The notes: generated by a model not told the origin, from the sequence alone. Positions 51,113-63,527 are shown, numbered from the whole stretch's first letter. The stretch is DNA of 63,527 nucleotides, filler included, from Octopus bimaculoides (GCF_001194135.2; 6 parts of 5 records of this genome joined end to end with filler, not necessarily neighbours in it), one strand, 5' to 3'. A program made the numbers and translations.

Positions 51113-51289
51113 AGTTTTCATCATCAAAGACATTGACATCATTCTCATTTTGCCAACTATTCTCCATATTAGCATGTAATAAATTTTTTAAATACGTTCT
51201 ATCATCTACCTCATAGTGACAATCATTATAGGAATAATGAGATGAGAGGGTTCGTGGCTTTCACCGAATTTATCTTTACTATTACCACC

Positions 51290-51596
51290 AACACCATCAA
51301 CATCACCATCATCAACATGATCGTCATCGTCATCATCATCGTCGTCGTCGTCGTCATCATTATCTTTCCAATTTACGTTCCTCCACTCCATCTCGGTGTA
51401 TACAACAAGACGTTCTTGCTCACTTTCACACTCTCATCATTGCAATCAACCATACATCTAGTAACGTCATCAATATTATGATATATACACATCATCTTCA
51501 GCATTATTGGCCGCATCACCTTCATCATCATCATCGCTATCATCATAACCAACGACATCATTAACATCATTGTCGTCGTCATCGTCACCACCACCG

Positions 51597-51632
<36 letters not shown>

Positions 51633-51720
51633 CCATCATCAATACTATCATCACCTACATTTCATTAGCGAAAGTATAACCAACATAACAACATCAACAA
51701 CATCAACAAGGTGAACAGCA
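51290..51720. repeat. Degenerate (CAT)n/(CGT)n trinucleotide region
   Basis: Read directly; it accounts for the poly-M and poly-D ORFs. Confidence 0.9.
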
Positions 51721-52070
51721 GCAGCACTGTCAAGAAGAAACAATGATGTTTTGTTTTGGCTTGTTTTTTAAGATTTTTTTTTCATTTTTGTAACTCATCT
51801 GTTTTGTTATTTTTGTTCTTTTTTTTTCATTTTACGATGGCACCAATAATAAACTTGTAGATCATAAGGCATTATGTAATATAGTTCCTCTGATATACAT
51901 ACACACAGCATGGCAGATTTATATACACTCATAAACATTGCACACCAGCAACATGATATATATCATATACATTTCTGTGACTCTTTCTCTCTTTCCGTCT
52001 TATTTTCCCACCTTCTCACCTTTCTCTCCCTCTTCCTCTCTTTCTCCCTCTCTCTCACTGAGAATGTGTG

Positions 52071-52113
<43 letters not shown>

Positions 52114-53034
52114 NNNNNNNNNNNNNNNNNNNNNNNNNNNNNNNNNNNNNNNNNNNNNNNNNNNNNNNNNNNNNNNNNNNNNNNNNNNNNNNNNNNNNNN
52201 NNNNNNNNNNNNNNNNNNNNNNNNNNNNNNNNNNNNNNNNNNNNNNNNNNNNNNNNNNNNNNNNNNNNNNNNNNNNNNNNNNNNNNNNNNNNNNNNNNNN
52301 NNNNNNNNNNNNNNNNNNNNNNNNNNNNNNNNNNNNNNNNNNNNNNNNNNNNNNNNNNNNNNNNNNNNNNNNNNNNNNNNNNNNNNNNNNNNNNNNNNNN
52401 NNNNNNNNNNNNNNNNNNNNNNNNNNNNNNNNNNNNNNNNNNNNNNNNNNNNNNNNNNNNNNNNNNNNNNNNNNNNNNNNNNNNNNNNNNNNNNNNNNNN
52501 NNNNNNNNNNNNNNNNNNNNNNNNNNNNNNNNNNNNNNNNNNNNNNNNNNNNNNNNNNNNNNNNNNNNNNNNNNNNNNNNNNNNNNNNNNNNNNNNNNNN
52601 NNNNNNNNNNNNNNNNNNNNNNNNNNNNNNNNNNNNNNNNNNNNNNNNNNNNNNNNNNNNNNNNNNNNNNNNNNNNNNNNNNNNNNNNNNNNNNNNNNNN
52701 NNNNNNNNNNNNNNNNNNNNNNNNNNNNNNNNNNNNNNNNNNNNNNNNNNNNNNNNNNNNNNNNNNNNNNNNNNTATATATATATATATATATATATATA
52801 TGGATATATATATATATATACATATACATATGTATATATACACACATGATAGCGTTTTCTCACGTATAGTGTAGCAATTGTTGTTACATGAGTGCGTATG
52901 TATGTATATAAACGAGTACATATTGTTGCCTTTTCTCAGTAGCAAATTTAAACAAAAATTAAATAAAATTCAACAAATTTGGGGAAAATCTTTGTAAACA
53001 AAATCAAAAAAGAATTCGATAAAATTCTGAGATA

Positions 53035-53316
53035 TCAATAATTTTCTTGTTCCGAATCATCTGAAGGTTGTCTTGCATATCTCTGAACCATCTCTTCCTT
53101 CGTCTCATACACCGGTCCATTTTCGTTAACAGTTCCATAATCCGGCATTTTGTCATAGGAATCTCCTTTCAACGTATCCTCTGGTTTCCATTCGTCTTCA
53201 GGTGGTGGTTCAGCCCACGGTTGTAATTCTCCTGATGCAAATATAGCGTAGAATATAACACCACCGAAATGTACCATACTTGCGATGAGAAACACATGTT
53301 CCCAACTGCTAACATC
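53035..53316 (-). CDS. VGLUT: Vesicular glutamate transporter (SLC17A6/7/8-like), last coding exon
   Basis: Acceptor ttattgaattgcag|GAT at 53317/53316, phase 0. [38 protein letters not shown] matches the VGLUT TM12 signature; stop at 53035. Confidence 0.93.
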   Translation of the reverse strand, partial: DVSSWEHVFLIASMVHFGGVIFYAIFASGELQPWAEPPPEDEWKPEDTLKGDSYDKMPDYGTVNENGPVYETKEEMVQRYARQPSDDSEQENY

Positions 53317-54093
53317 CTGCAATTCAATAAGAAACATATAATTAAGTTACGGTATCTAAGAATGAGAATACTAACAAAGCATCATCACCATCAACAACAT
53401 CAACTTAAATAGAATATCAGCAAACTTTCAGAGAAGAGGACTAGGCAGTTTAAATGAAACTCAATATCTTCGTGGTAATTATACTGTAACGACCACGGAG
53501 TTTTAAAAATTATGAACAAAATCTTCAAAATCCACACCAGGAGTTATACCTCCAAGACAATATCTCTCCAAAGACACAGTCTACATCATACAGACATGTT
53601 CGTGTCAGTACCACAACTCACAGAGTATATTCTCTGAATAATTCATACAATTAAGTGAAGTATACCCTTATTTTATCACGACCTATTAATAACAAAACAT
53701 ACTGAAAAACAAACTTGATATATTCACTACCAAATTTTAAATTATAATCACATATTTCATACAATCACATCCCGACCCGAATAAAATAACACACAACGTG
53801 GAATCCCCAAGAAATATCCATCAAATTTTGCTGAACACATTGTCTCTGGCTTAAATGAAGGATACATCATCATCAACAACAACAACACCAAACTTATTTA
53901 TTTTCTAATTTCGCAGAATTATTAATTATCATACACCATATCAGTTGATCATAAAATAATTACCAGCACTTCCAACACAGCAACATCACCAACACCACCA
54001 CTATCATCATCGTCATCGTCATTGTCAACTACAACATCAGCACACCAGAAGCATTCCAGAACGTTAGCCAAGAAACAAACGAATGTTACATAC

Positions 54094-54221
54094 CGGTATT
54101 TTGGTTAACATCTCAGTAATTGGTGGACATAACATGCCAGATAATGTCCCAACACCGTTTGACAAACCCATGAGTATACTAGCGTAACGAGGTGCAATAT
54201 CAAGATGGTTGACGTTAAAAC
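54094..54221 (-). CDS. VGLUT: Vesicular glutamate transporter, penultimate exon (128 nt; absent from the ORF track)
   Basis: ttttgacag|GT TTT AAC...ATA CCG|gtatgt encodes (G)[42 protein letters not shown] and splices in frame to the last exon. Upstream exons are not on this scaffold. Confidence 0.95.
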
Positions 54222-54821
54222 CTGTCAAAAGAAATAGTAATAATGATATACAATTATAAAATTATCAACAAAAGTTTTATTTATTATTTATATTTTGTTC
54301 CACTTCCACTGTGTGTTTTAGAAGATTTTTGCATTCTCCATCTCTGCATTCTCTGTCTCTTGTGTTCTCCATCTCTAATTGTAGGATGTTTTATAATTAT
54401 GTTTTCTTATTTTTGTTGCCCAGGAGCACGTCGGTCCTGACTCAGTACACTAATGGCTAGAGGAATTTAACCCGGAACAAAGTGACTGAGAAAAAACCAC
54501 AAAGCTACTTGCAGCAATATGTTAATGAGGTTATTTTTTTTCTTTTTTCAAACCATGTATATCAATCATTCGAAAATCTCTCCCACCCCACTTTTGCCTA
54601 GGAATTTGAATATTTCTATGTACGCTAAAGATAAAGCGAACAGAATCAATAATGACACTAATAGAGATACAAAACGGGTGATTTTAGTTTGTTTTATGAT
54701 TTCTTGTTAAGAAAAAATCCGAATCAATTGACCTTTTCAATAGTCTCCGATACTTTTCTTAAAAATGAGAGGGTGAGAGTGTAGAGAGAGCGAGAAAGAC
54801 GGAGATGGCGAGAGAGAGAGA

Positions 54822-54862
<41 letters not shown>

Positions 54863-54962
54863 NNNNNNNNNNNNNNNNNNNNNNNNNNNNNNNNNNNNNN
54901 NNNNNNTTAATTAATTAANNNNNNNNNNNNNNNNNNNNNNNNNNNNNNNNNNNNNNNNNNNN
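54863..54962. other. Artificial scaffold-joining linker 5
   Basis: 44 N + TTAATTAATTAA + 44 N. Confidence 0.95.
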
Positions 54963-55822
54963 TTCCTGACTTCCGCATTGATTTTCCCTAAAATTTCTTT
55001 ATTAATAATGCCAAGTTCTGATTTAGCTGGGTTAATAAGCCTACACTTAGGATTGGATAGGAAGTTCTTTTTATGGTCTTTGATAGTTATAAAGGCCTCT
55101 TTTTTGGGGAGGACCTCTATTTTTAAAATCTAATTTGAGTCTGGTGGCGATATTACTAGCTTCTTTATCAATATCGTTATAGGTTTGAGGTCTAGCCTTG
55201 GTGTAATTGTTGATGATGCTGTTATGTAGGAGTCGTGAATATGTGCTGTTCTCTACTAAGTATAAGTTCTTGGTTTTATCGGAAAAAAGTGCCTTTTGTT
55301 TGGAATTTTTTATGTGATTGATATCTTTTTTCAGTTTCTGTTGGAAAGTGTTGAAAGACTTACGAAATTTTAACTTGTCCATGATCTTCAGTAGGTCTGC
55401 TTCGAAGTCTTCCAAGCCTTTAATTTTCGGAAGAAATTTCTTGGATTTAAATCTATAGAATGTATTGTCTGTAGTGTCCTCTTTCGCGTTATAAAGGAAG
55501 GCTTTCCACTTCATGCGCTTAATGAGGTCTGTAATTTTCCCCAAAAGTTTCTTAGAGTATATTTCCCTTGATGGTATCGGTATGTTTTTCATAGAATAAT
55601 CGATGTGGTAGGCGTCCATATTGAATTCTTCTGTGGGGCAGAGTCCTCAACCGATTACTGGCGATCTTCCAAAAGTAAGCTGTATTAGCCCTTACGGAAA
55701 AAAGCGGTGTACGGGAGGTAACTTATTGATAGGCAGGACAACAAAAGAAAGAAGGAGACCTTGATATTATGCAAATAGAGGAATTTATCTGTAAAAATAT
55801 GTGACACTTATTCAGTAGCCAT

Positions 55823-55882
55823 GATAAAACTCTAGTTTCGGATGCCAGGGTGGGAGCCCACGCCAACATCTCTTCAGTTATC
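55823..55882 (-). ncRNA. Type I hammerhead ribozyme (predicted)
   Basis: Minus strand GATAA-CTGAAGA-GATGTTGG-cGTGGgctcCCACc-CTGGCATC-c-GAAA-C-TAGA-GT-T-TTATC. Stem I GATAA/TTATC, long stem II, 2-bp stem III, GUU cleavage triplet. There is one extra C before GAAA. Confidence 0.75.
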
Positions 55883-55979
55883 CAGTAATTAAAAATTCTT
55901 GTGAAATGACCGTTAAAACAAAGGGAAATTACTGTGTAGTGACAAGGTCAAAACGCATCTAAAACTGCACATATTATCG

Positions 55980-56055
55980 CATGCACGCATATATCTATAT
56001 ACGCACGCATATATCTCTATATACGCACGCATATATCTATATACACACGCGCACA
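55980..56055. repeat. 21-23-bp minisatellite (CGCACGCATATATCTATATA) x3-4
   Basis: Read directly. Confidence 0.85.
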
Positions 56056-56861
56056 CTCACAAGCATGCACATATAAGGTTCCTTGTACGTGTCCATAGAC
56101 GTACAGGAAAAAAAAACAGGGTGGAGGAGAGAAAACAGAAAAATATGTGTGGAAAAAATACAAAAACATTAACCCTATAATTATGTAAAATACAAAAATA
56201 AATAAAAAATATTAAAAAATATAAGAATATAAAAACCAAGTAAAAAAGGTAAAAAGCTTATACATAGACACAATATAGAAAGCATATCCTATCAGTACAG
56301 TCCCATCAGCAGGTCCTATCAGTAAAAATATAAAAAAATATAAAAATATATAAGAAATGTAAGTAATAAGTATAGAGAGATAAAAAGCTTATAGATAGGC
56401 ACAAAAATAGAAAGCAAGTCCTATCAGTAAACTCATGGGGGACCAAAAACGTAGCAAATATTTGGCCACATGTGAACATGATCCGAAAAGTTCAGTCTTT
56501 GAATTAAGACATGTGGCGGGGTCTAAGCTGCCTTTCCAGATGAGCCATCTTTCCATATCACATAGCCCGCACCTTCTGCTGCTGCTGGTGTAAGGTTTAC
56601 ACTTGGCTAGGATCTTCCAATGGGTGTTGTAACTGACACCTTTATCTTTTAAAGACTGTATATGACTGGATAATTTGGTCGTTTTTCTTTTGTCCCAGTG
56701 CCTGAAACTCTGCTACTCGCTGGTGCCTCTGGGACAAATAAGTTGACGAAAATACAGCTAGGGTCATGACGAATGTTCTCCTAAAATTGGAGCGATATGC
56801 ATGCTAATTTGTGGACGTGCATAAATTACATTCACGTACACACATGCAAAAGTTGGCTTAA

Positions 56862-57091
56862 TCACTCTTCATTGAACTCAACTGGATGGCCAGAACAAAG
56901 TGTGTCTTTGAGGTAAAAATTTCCATTTTTGAACTTGGCATACCAATCATGAGCAGTTCTTTCAGCTATAGTACCCTCTCCATATACAGCACAAATGTTG
57001 TAAGCAGTTTTTGCTGCCTTAGAACCTTGATTAAAAGCAAAAAAGAGGTGTTGAAAATGCTCGTTTTTCTTAACTTGACATTCCATTTTAA
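56862..57091 (-). mobile_element. Mariner transposase N-terminal HTH fragment
   Basis: MECQVKKNEHFQHL-FFAFNQGSKAAKTAYNICAVYGEGTIAERTAHDWYAKFKNGNFYLKDTLCSGHPVEFNEE, a Mos1/SETMAR-like paired HTH. Confidence 0.85.
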
Positions 57092-58361
57092 NNNNNNNNN
57101 NNNNNNNNNNNNNNNNNNNNNNNNNNNNNNNNNNNNNNNNNNNNNNNNNNNNNNNNNNNNNNNNNNNNNNNNNNNNNNNNNNNNNNNNNNNATATACGTG
57201 CATACGTACGTAGGTACGTACGTAGGTACGTACGTGAATGCGTAGGTTAGGTACGTATGCATGTATGTATGGATAGATTAATTATGAATCACTGCAGTGT
57301 TGAATATGGTGCCTCGCAGTATTTTTTCCTAATCCCTACGCTCAAATTTTAGTCCCGCATCGGTCAACCTTAACTGTCAAAATTTTTGTGGGCATAGATG
57401 AAAAATGTACTTGTTGAAGCTTAAAACACTAGAAATGATTAATTGCCTTACCTGTTTTTACCTTGTGCCTTCTGATTTCAAATTCCTCCACCACCACCAC
57501 CACCCCACACACACACGCGCACTTCGCTCCATCACTAAAACACAAAGAGTTGACACTTCTGTGAGAAGTTGGAAACATGAAATAGTATCAGCTTGAACTG
57601 GCCAATGGAAACATCGATTCTTTGGTTCGATAGATAGATCGATTGCTTCCATCATGTATATGTGTGTGTATCAAAACAGAGCATTGGAAAAACGTTTTTG
57701 ATATTATTTATTCACCATAGCATACGTTTCCCTTCCACATAGGAGTTACAAAGGAGTCCATGTAGAAAAAACTTCCAGGTCATTTCTTATTAGAAACTCA
57801 TCAGACAGAGAATCGAATGACTAATTACTTTGATTATTTATCTGAGGAATTCCTAAGAGGAGATCTCTTACATATTTTTCCCTACAAGTACAAAAAAATT
57901 TGGAATAGGATAAAAGATTTTGAAGTAAACAAACAAAACGCAAATATTAAAAGAGATTTTTGGATAAATTATATCTTGCTAAACAAAGAACTAGTGTCAT
58001 TTACTTAATGAGTGGTAAGATTCGTTTTTCAAAGGCTGGCTTAAATTCATATTTCAGAAGTCAACTTCATGCAGTTTGTCTAAGACATACAAAGCTCATA
58101 GAAGCAGATGTGTTGGTCTCAAAAAGGCATTTAACTATTAATAAATAAGACAAAACGAAGGGCGCTGTACCACTTGAGAGGAGACATTGACACTGTTTTG
58201 TTATGCAAATTTCAGAAAGCTTTTGCGACTCAAAAGCCATTAATGTGTTCTTGCACGAAAAATGCACATCTAACGAGAAGTGATCAAGCTTTGATTAAGA
58301 ACAGACTTCCTCTAAGTCTCTCTCTCTCTCTCTCTCTCACCCTCTCTCTATATATATGTAT

Positions 58362-58434
<73 letters not shown>

Positions 58435-59159
58435 NNNNNNNNNNNNNNNNNNNNNNNNNNNNNNNNNNNNNNNNNNNNNNNNNNNNNNNNNNNNNNNATA
58501 TACACATACATGTGTCTGTATATGTTTATATACTCACACGCACACATATAAACATATGTTTATAGATGTATATATATGCATATATATATATACACACATA
58601 CGCACATATTTAAAGCTATTATGAACGGCTTGTTCAATTTAATTTTTTTTTAATTTATAGTTATTAAATTTTACTCTGTATATGACAGAATTAATGAATT
58701 AAACTCTAAAGAACACTCAGATTTAGAAAACTGGTGCATTTAATTTATCGACATCGATCAAAACATTTATTATAATATCACATTAATTAAAAAAGAAACA
58801 AATTCATAATTACTTCAACTTTATTTTATACGGACATGTAAAGACTACTGTTTATTCAGCTAATGCTCATTCTATTGATGACTTTCCGGCTAGAATAACT
58901 AATGTGATTCAAGATAAAATTGAAAATCAGCTGCTAATCGGAATTCTAGAGCTACAGAATTTGTAACATGGTTTGCATATGTAATAATGTTTGTCATGTT
59001 GAAAATGGACGACCGCAAGAGCGGAGCTTATGTTAAAAGCTAATAAATTCATTCGGTTATCATTTTCAAAGATTTGTTTTGTTGGATATATCAAAATGAA
59101 GCTTTAGAAATTTTTGCGAAATCGCACAAAGTCTTCATAATAGGTATACACACACATAC

Positions 59160-59212
<53 letters not shown>

Positions 59213-59273
59213 CATATGTGTGTGTGTATATATATATATGTGTGTATGTATGTATGTACTATGTATGTATATA

Positions 59274-59422
59274 CGAGGGTGAGTCAAAAGTTAATGCCAT
59301 TTTGTTTAGGACAGGTATAATTACCAACACAGGAACATGTATCATACATCAAAATGAAGCTGGTCCTCTGTGGATCACATCCCTACTTCTCAACATAGTC
59401 ACCGTTTCTCTCAATAGCAATG
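59274..59422 (-). mobile_element. Mariner-like transposon 3' end with TIR
   Basis: Minus strand AIERNGDYVEK* (transposase C-terminus), ending in ...TTTTGACTCACCCTCG followed by TA. Confidence 0.65.
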
Positions 59423-59963
59423 CTCGGGGTCGGACGGTTCTATTGAAGAACCTGGCACGTGTGGCATTGTCTGGCTTTGTTTTAGATCACATCCTTTATT
59501 GAGCCAAAATACCTTCCGTCTTTCCCTTATTCTCTTTGAGATTCCAGCATCCGTATCTTGGCTTATATTCACTGAGTGCCTGAAGTAAAGGCACTCCTGT
59601 ATTTCTTGGATTTCGTCGCTTCCCACCTCTATTGGAGTGATGTACAGGAATTATATATTAGAAAAAATAATAAGGTTCTCAGATATCTGGATTTTTTTTT
59701 TTTTTTTTTTTCTAATACTGAATGACGCCCTCGGCCGTGTTCGAAATCAGGATTAGAATGAACTAAGAGTGCAGGGCAACATTCAGACCTATATACAGTC
59801 CATTGTTTCAACCCTTTCCACCCTTGGACACATAATTAATTAGACTTCAACTAGTAACAACAACTAATTAGTCTTTAGAATTGATCAAAAGCACATCTGT
59901 TCACATCAGTTATGATCTGTTGTACATCATTTAGCCATCATGTATAAACACACGCACACACAG

Positions 59964-59997
<34 letters not shown>

Positions 59998-60010
59998 CTA
60001 TATATATATA

Positions 60011-60047
<37 letters not shown>

Positions 60048-60569
60048 NNNNNNNNNNNNNNNNNNNNNNNNNNNNNNNNNNNNNNNNNNNNNNNNNNNNN
60101 NNNNNNNNNNNNNNNNNNNNNNNNNNNNNNNNNNNNNNNNNNNNNNNNNNNNNNNNNNNNNNNNNNNNNNNNNNNNNNNNNNNNNNNNNNNNNNNNNNNN
60201 NNNNNNNNNNNNNNNNNNNNNNNNNNNNNNNNNNNNNNNNNNNNNNNNNNNNNNNNNNNNNNNNNNNNNNNNNNNNNNNNNNNNNCTTTACATAAAAAGA
60301 TACGAAAAAAAGACAATAAAAAAATCAATAAAGTCGATGATGAACGCAAGCAAAAAGAATGAAATAAAACCGAACGCATTGATGTGACCCCTCACAAGGA
60401 TCTGTTGGCCTTTTTGTCGTTGTACCGTGGTATTTAGGGTTAGCGGGGTGGTGCGGATGTTCAAGGGCAATGAGTACAGTTTTTGAAGTGCATCTTGTAA
60501 CAAGACATACCTCAATATGTCAGACTGTTCATATCAGTGGTGCGTGACGGGTCGAATAATATTTGTGTT

Positions 60570-60571
60570 AG

Positions 60572-60618
<47 letters not shown>

Positions 60619-60745
60619 CATTATTATTAATATTATTTTTATTATTATTATCATTATTATTATTGTTATTATTATCATCATTATCATTATTATTAATATA
60701 ATAATAATATTATTATCATTATTGTTATTATTATCATCATCATTA

Positions 60746-60783
<38 letters not shown>

Positions 60784-60872
60784 ATAATAATAATAATTTT
60801 TTTTATTATTATCATTATTATTATTGTTATTATTATCATCATCATCATTATTATCATTACTATTATCATAGT
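60570..60872. repeat. (ATT)n/(ATC)n compound microsatellite
   Basis: Read directly. Confidence 0.95.
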
Positions 60873-61909
60873 AATCCTGTAATTACTTTGTGCAACGCGA
60901 TTATTGTTCTTCGGTAGCAACTGTTATTTCGTATTTGCTGACCCCTAGAAAGTATTAAACATGGCTAATATTTCCTTCAAACTTTGCTTTTCTTACATTT
61001 ATTCGAGCCCCAAAGGATCCCTCTCAACACATGGCTATGATGCTCCCACTACTTCTGCCGAAGGTCAGAAATGCATGTATTGTCACCACTAAGGGACATT
61101 GCTCAAGTAGTTATGGTCAAGTAACTGGCAAGCAAATCTGTGGTATTGAGCAGAATATTTGCTAAAACGATATTTCTGCTTCAGCAACTCAGTGCTGAAT
61201 CTGTTTAAAATGTAATGGAAAATAGGTCAGTTTCAAAACCATTGATGTCCAGGTCACAAAAGCAAAGTTTGAAGGGAAGGGTAGTCATTTCATTTTCTCT
61301 CTAGAGAGAAGCAAGTTGGAAATAACACTTACAGACCAAAGGAACAAACTAAAATTTGTTACACAGTCATTATTCACCATCAAATCCTCGCCTCTGGGTC
61401 GAATTCATAACACTTTGCTCTCACTCTCGGTTCCGTAAATTTGGTTAACATCCCAACAGACATTTTGTTATCGAAGCCGTAGCAATACCTGCGCGTATAC
61501 CCGTTTGTTGCTAGCTTACTATATCTGCATAAGAGTTGCTTAATACTTTTGGCTCCCTTTTCACATATTTCTGCATTCGCCCTCCATCAGGATTTCGCTA
61601 ATCTTTGTCTTCATCAAGTAATTCGAACGTGTTGATCCTCAGAGGCTATAATTAGCAATTTTGTTTCTCGTTTCAGGTTTTCATCCGTCAGCTACAGCCG
61701 TTGCGTTCTTCACTTCCAACAATATATACGTGTGTGTGTATGTGTGTGTGTGTGTGTGTGTGTGTCTGTCTGTGTTTGTGTTGTGTATGCGTGAGTTCAT
61801 ACATTATTAAGTGATGTTCTGGATAATTACTCTCAGCAAATATCGAACACAACACTTCGTTTGAACTCGTCCAGTGGCCTTTTACTCGGGAGTTTCCACA
61901 GAAGATAAA

Positions 61910-62050
61910 TGCGTGGTTCCGGGTTCAGTCCCAATGTTTGTCACCTTAAATGGATTTGATAGAGGGAAACTGAAGGAAGCCATCGTATGTGTATATGTGT
62001 GTGTGTGTTTGTGTGTAACCCTGTGTGTGCGCGTGTGTGTGTGTGTATAT
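61910..62050 (+). mobile_element. SINE family A 5' fragment with an internal deletion
   Basis: gtggttccgggttcagtccca...tggatttgatagagggaaactgaaggaagccatcgta. Confidence 0.65.
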
Positions 62051-62088
62051 GCATGTACACACACACACATACATACTTATGTGTGTAT

Positions 62089-62129
<41 letters not shown>

Positions 62130-62139
62130 CATATTGTTT

Positions 62140-62330
62140 TATTCTTTTACTTGTTTTAGTCATTTTACTGCTGCAATACTGGAGCCCAAATCAACAGGAG
62201 GACTTATTCTTTGTAAGCCTAATACTTAATCTATCGGTTTCTTTTGCCGAACCGCTAATTACGGGGTTGTAAACACGCCAACATCGGTTGTCAAGCGATG
62301 GTAGGGGGGACAAACACAGACACACAAATA
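62140..62330 (-). mobile_element. SINE family A 3' half
   Basis: ttttgccgaaccgctaattacggggttgtaaacacgccaacatcggttgtcaagcgatgg. Confidence 0.8.
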
Positions 62331-62974
62331 CGTATATATATAAATATATATATANNNNNNNNNNNNNNNNNNNNNNNNNNNNNNNNNNNNNNNNNNNNNN
62401 NNNNNNNNNNNNNNNNNNNNNNNNNNNNNNNNNNNNNNNNNNNNNNNNNNNNNNNNNNNNNNNNNNNNNNNNNNNNNNNNNNNNNNNNNNNNNNNNNNNN
62501 NNNNNNNNNNNNNNNNNNNNNNNNNNNNNNNNNNNNNNNNNNNNNNNNNNNNNNNNNNNNNNNNNNNNNNNNNNNNNNNNNNNNNNNNNNNNNNNNNNNN
62601 NNNNNNNNNNNNNNNNNNNNNNNNNNNNNNNNNNNNNNNNNNNNNNNNNNNNNNNNNNNNNNNNNNNNNNNNNNNNNNNNNNNNNNNNNNNNNNNNNNNN
62701 NNNNNNNNNNNNNNNNNNNNNNNNNNNNNNNNNNNNNNNNNNNNNNNNNNNNNNNNNNNNNNNNNNNNNNNNNNNNNNNNNNNNNNNNNNNNNNNNNNNN
62801 NNNNNNNNNNNNNNNNNNNNNNNNNNNNNNNNNNNNNNNNNNNNNNNNNNNNNNNNNNNNNNNNNNNNNNNNNNNNNNNNNNNNNNNNNNNNNNNNNNNN
62901 NNNNNNNNNNNNNNNNNNNNNNNNNNNNNNNNNNNNNNNNAAAAGAGAAATCATCGACAAAGACGATAGTGTTT

Positions 62975-62986
62975 TTCTTATCACCC

Positions 62987-63022
<36 letters not shown>

Positions 63023-63050
63023 CCCTCATCATCATCATCATCATCATCAA

Positions 63051-63082
<32 letters not shown>

Positions 63083-63275
63083 CCATCGTTTTGTGGTCAA
63101 CGTAATCGTTGTCATCATCATCATCACCATCCTCACTATTATCCTTATCATCATGACTACCACTACCTCCAGCATCATCATCACCATCATCATCATCATC
63201 ATCATTATTATCATTTTCATCATCATCAACATCATCACCATCATCATCATCAACACCATTGCTACATCGTGATGT
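62975..63275. repeat. (CAT)n region
   Basis: Read directly. Confidence 0.92.
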
Positions 63276-63439
63276 TGATGATAGCAGGAATGGAGCTGAT
63301 AATAGTGTCGGTGGTAGTACTGGCCAGAGGTGGTACTGGCGGTAGTGGTGGTGGTGGTGATGCCTGTTATATTGATTTCAGTAATAATAGTGTCGGTAGT
63401 GGTGGTCCTGATAATGATGGTGGTACTGATACTGGTGGT

Positions 63440-63527
63440 GGTGGTGGTGCTGGTGGTGGTGCTGGTGGTGCTGGTGGTGCTGGTGGTGCTGGTGGTGGTG
63501 CTGGTGGTGCTGGTGGTGCTGGTGGTG
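63440..63527. repeat. (GGTGGTGCT)n minisatellite running off the window end
   Basis: Read directly. Confidence 0.9.

Larger units (their letters stand above)
54963..56740 (-). mobile_element. Penelope-like element family A-type, partial-tandem form: pseudo-LTR (EN C-terminus + 3' UTR + hammerhead) followed by the ORF start
   Basis: 56712-56440: QSFRHWDKRKTTKLSSHIQSLKDK...WKILAKCKPY...RRCGLCDMER...LNSKTELFGSCSH. ORF from ATG 55619: YSMKNIPIPS...RMKWKA...DKTKNLY, then after a frameshift IEVLPKKEAFITIKDHKKNFLSNPKCRLINPAKSELG up to the scaffold end. Confidence 0.9.

Noticed and set aside
63280-63527. Gly/Ala-rich structural protein exon (GGA repeats)
   Set aside because: It grades into the flanking (CAT)n/(GGT)n simple repeats, with no start, splice site or non-repetitive domain visible.

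Overview
AT-rich, microsatellite-dense animal genomic DNA. The repeat families and the C2H2 zinc-finger style suggest an octopus; this is inference, not a database match. The window is not one locus: five identical 100-bp linkers (44 N + TTAATTAATTAA + 44 N) join six unrelated scaffolds (1-20761, 20862-26397, 26498-33853, 33954-42072, 42173-54862, 54963-63527), so neighbourhood across the linkers is meaningless. Host genes: (1) a 1000-aa Fe65/APBB adaptor (WW + 2 PTB) encoded by a single uninterrupted ORF (3785-6787, minus); (2) a tandem C2H2 zinc-finger gene frameshifted at both ends, with a duplicated 3' module (about 29229-31380, plus); (3) the last two exons of a vesicular glutamate transporter (54221-54094 and 53316-53035, minus). 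The rest is mobile DNA: two families of Penelope-like elements (PLE; RT + C-terminal GIY-YIG), RTE LINE fragments, non-autonomous elements sharing the RTE 3' tail, several tRNA-derived SINE families, maT/mariner and Merlin-like transposon relics, and a Mutator-like MITE. I found no convincing novel multi-gene system. The best leads are a type I hammerhead ribozyme in a PLE pseudo-LTR (55823-55882), an extremely AT-rich PLE with a possibly eroded ribozyme, the intronless Fe65, and an inverted SINE duplication whose arms differ only at CpGs. Most ORF-track entries are artefacts of N gaps or microsatellites. Repeat boundaries are approximate and family names come from motif recognition by eye.
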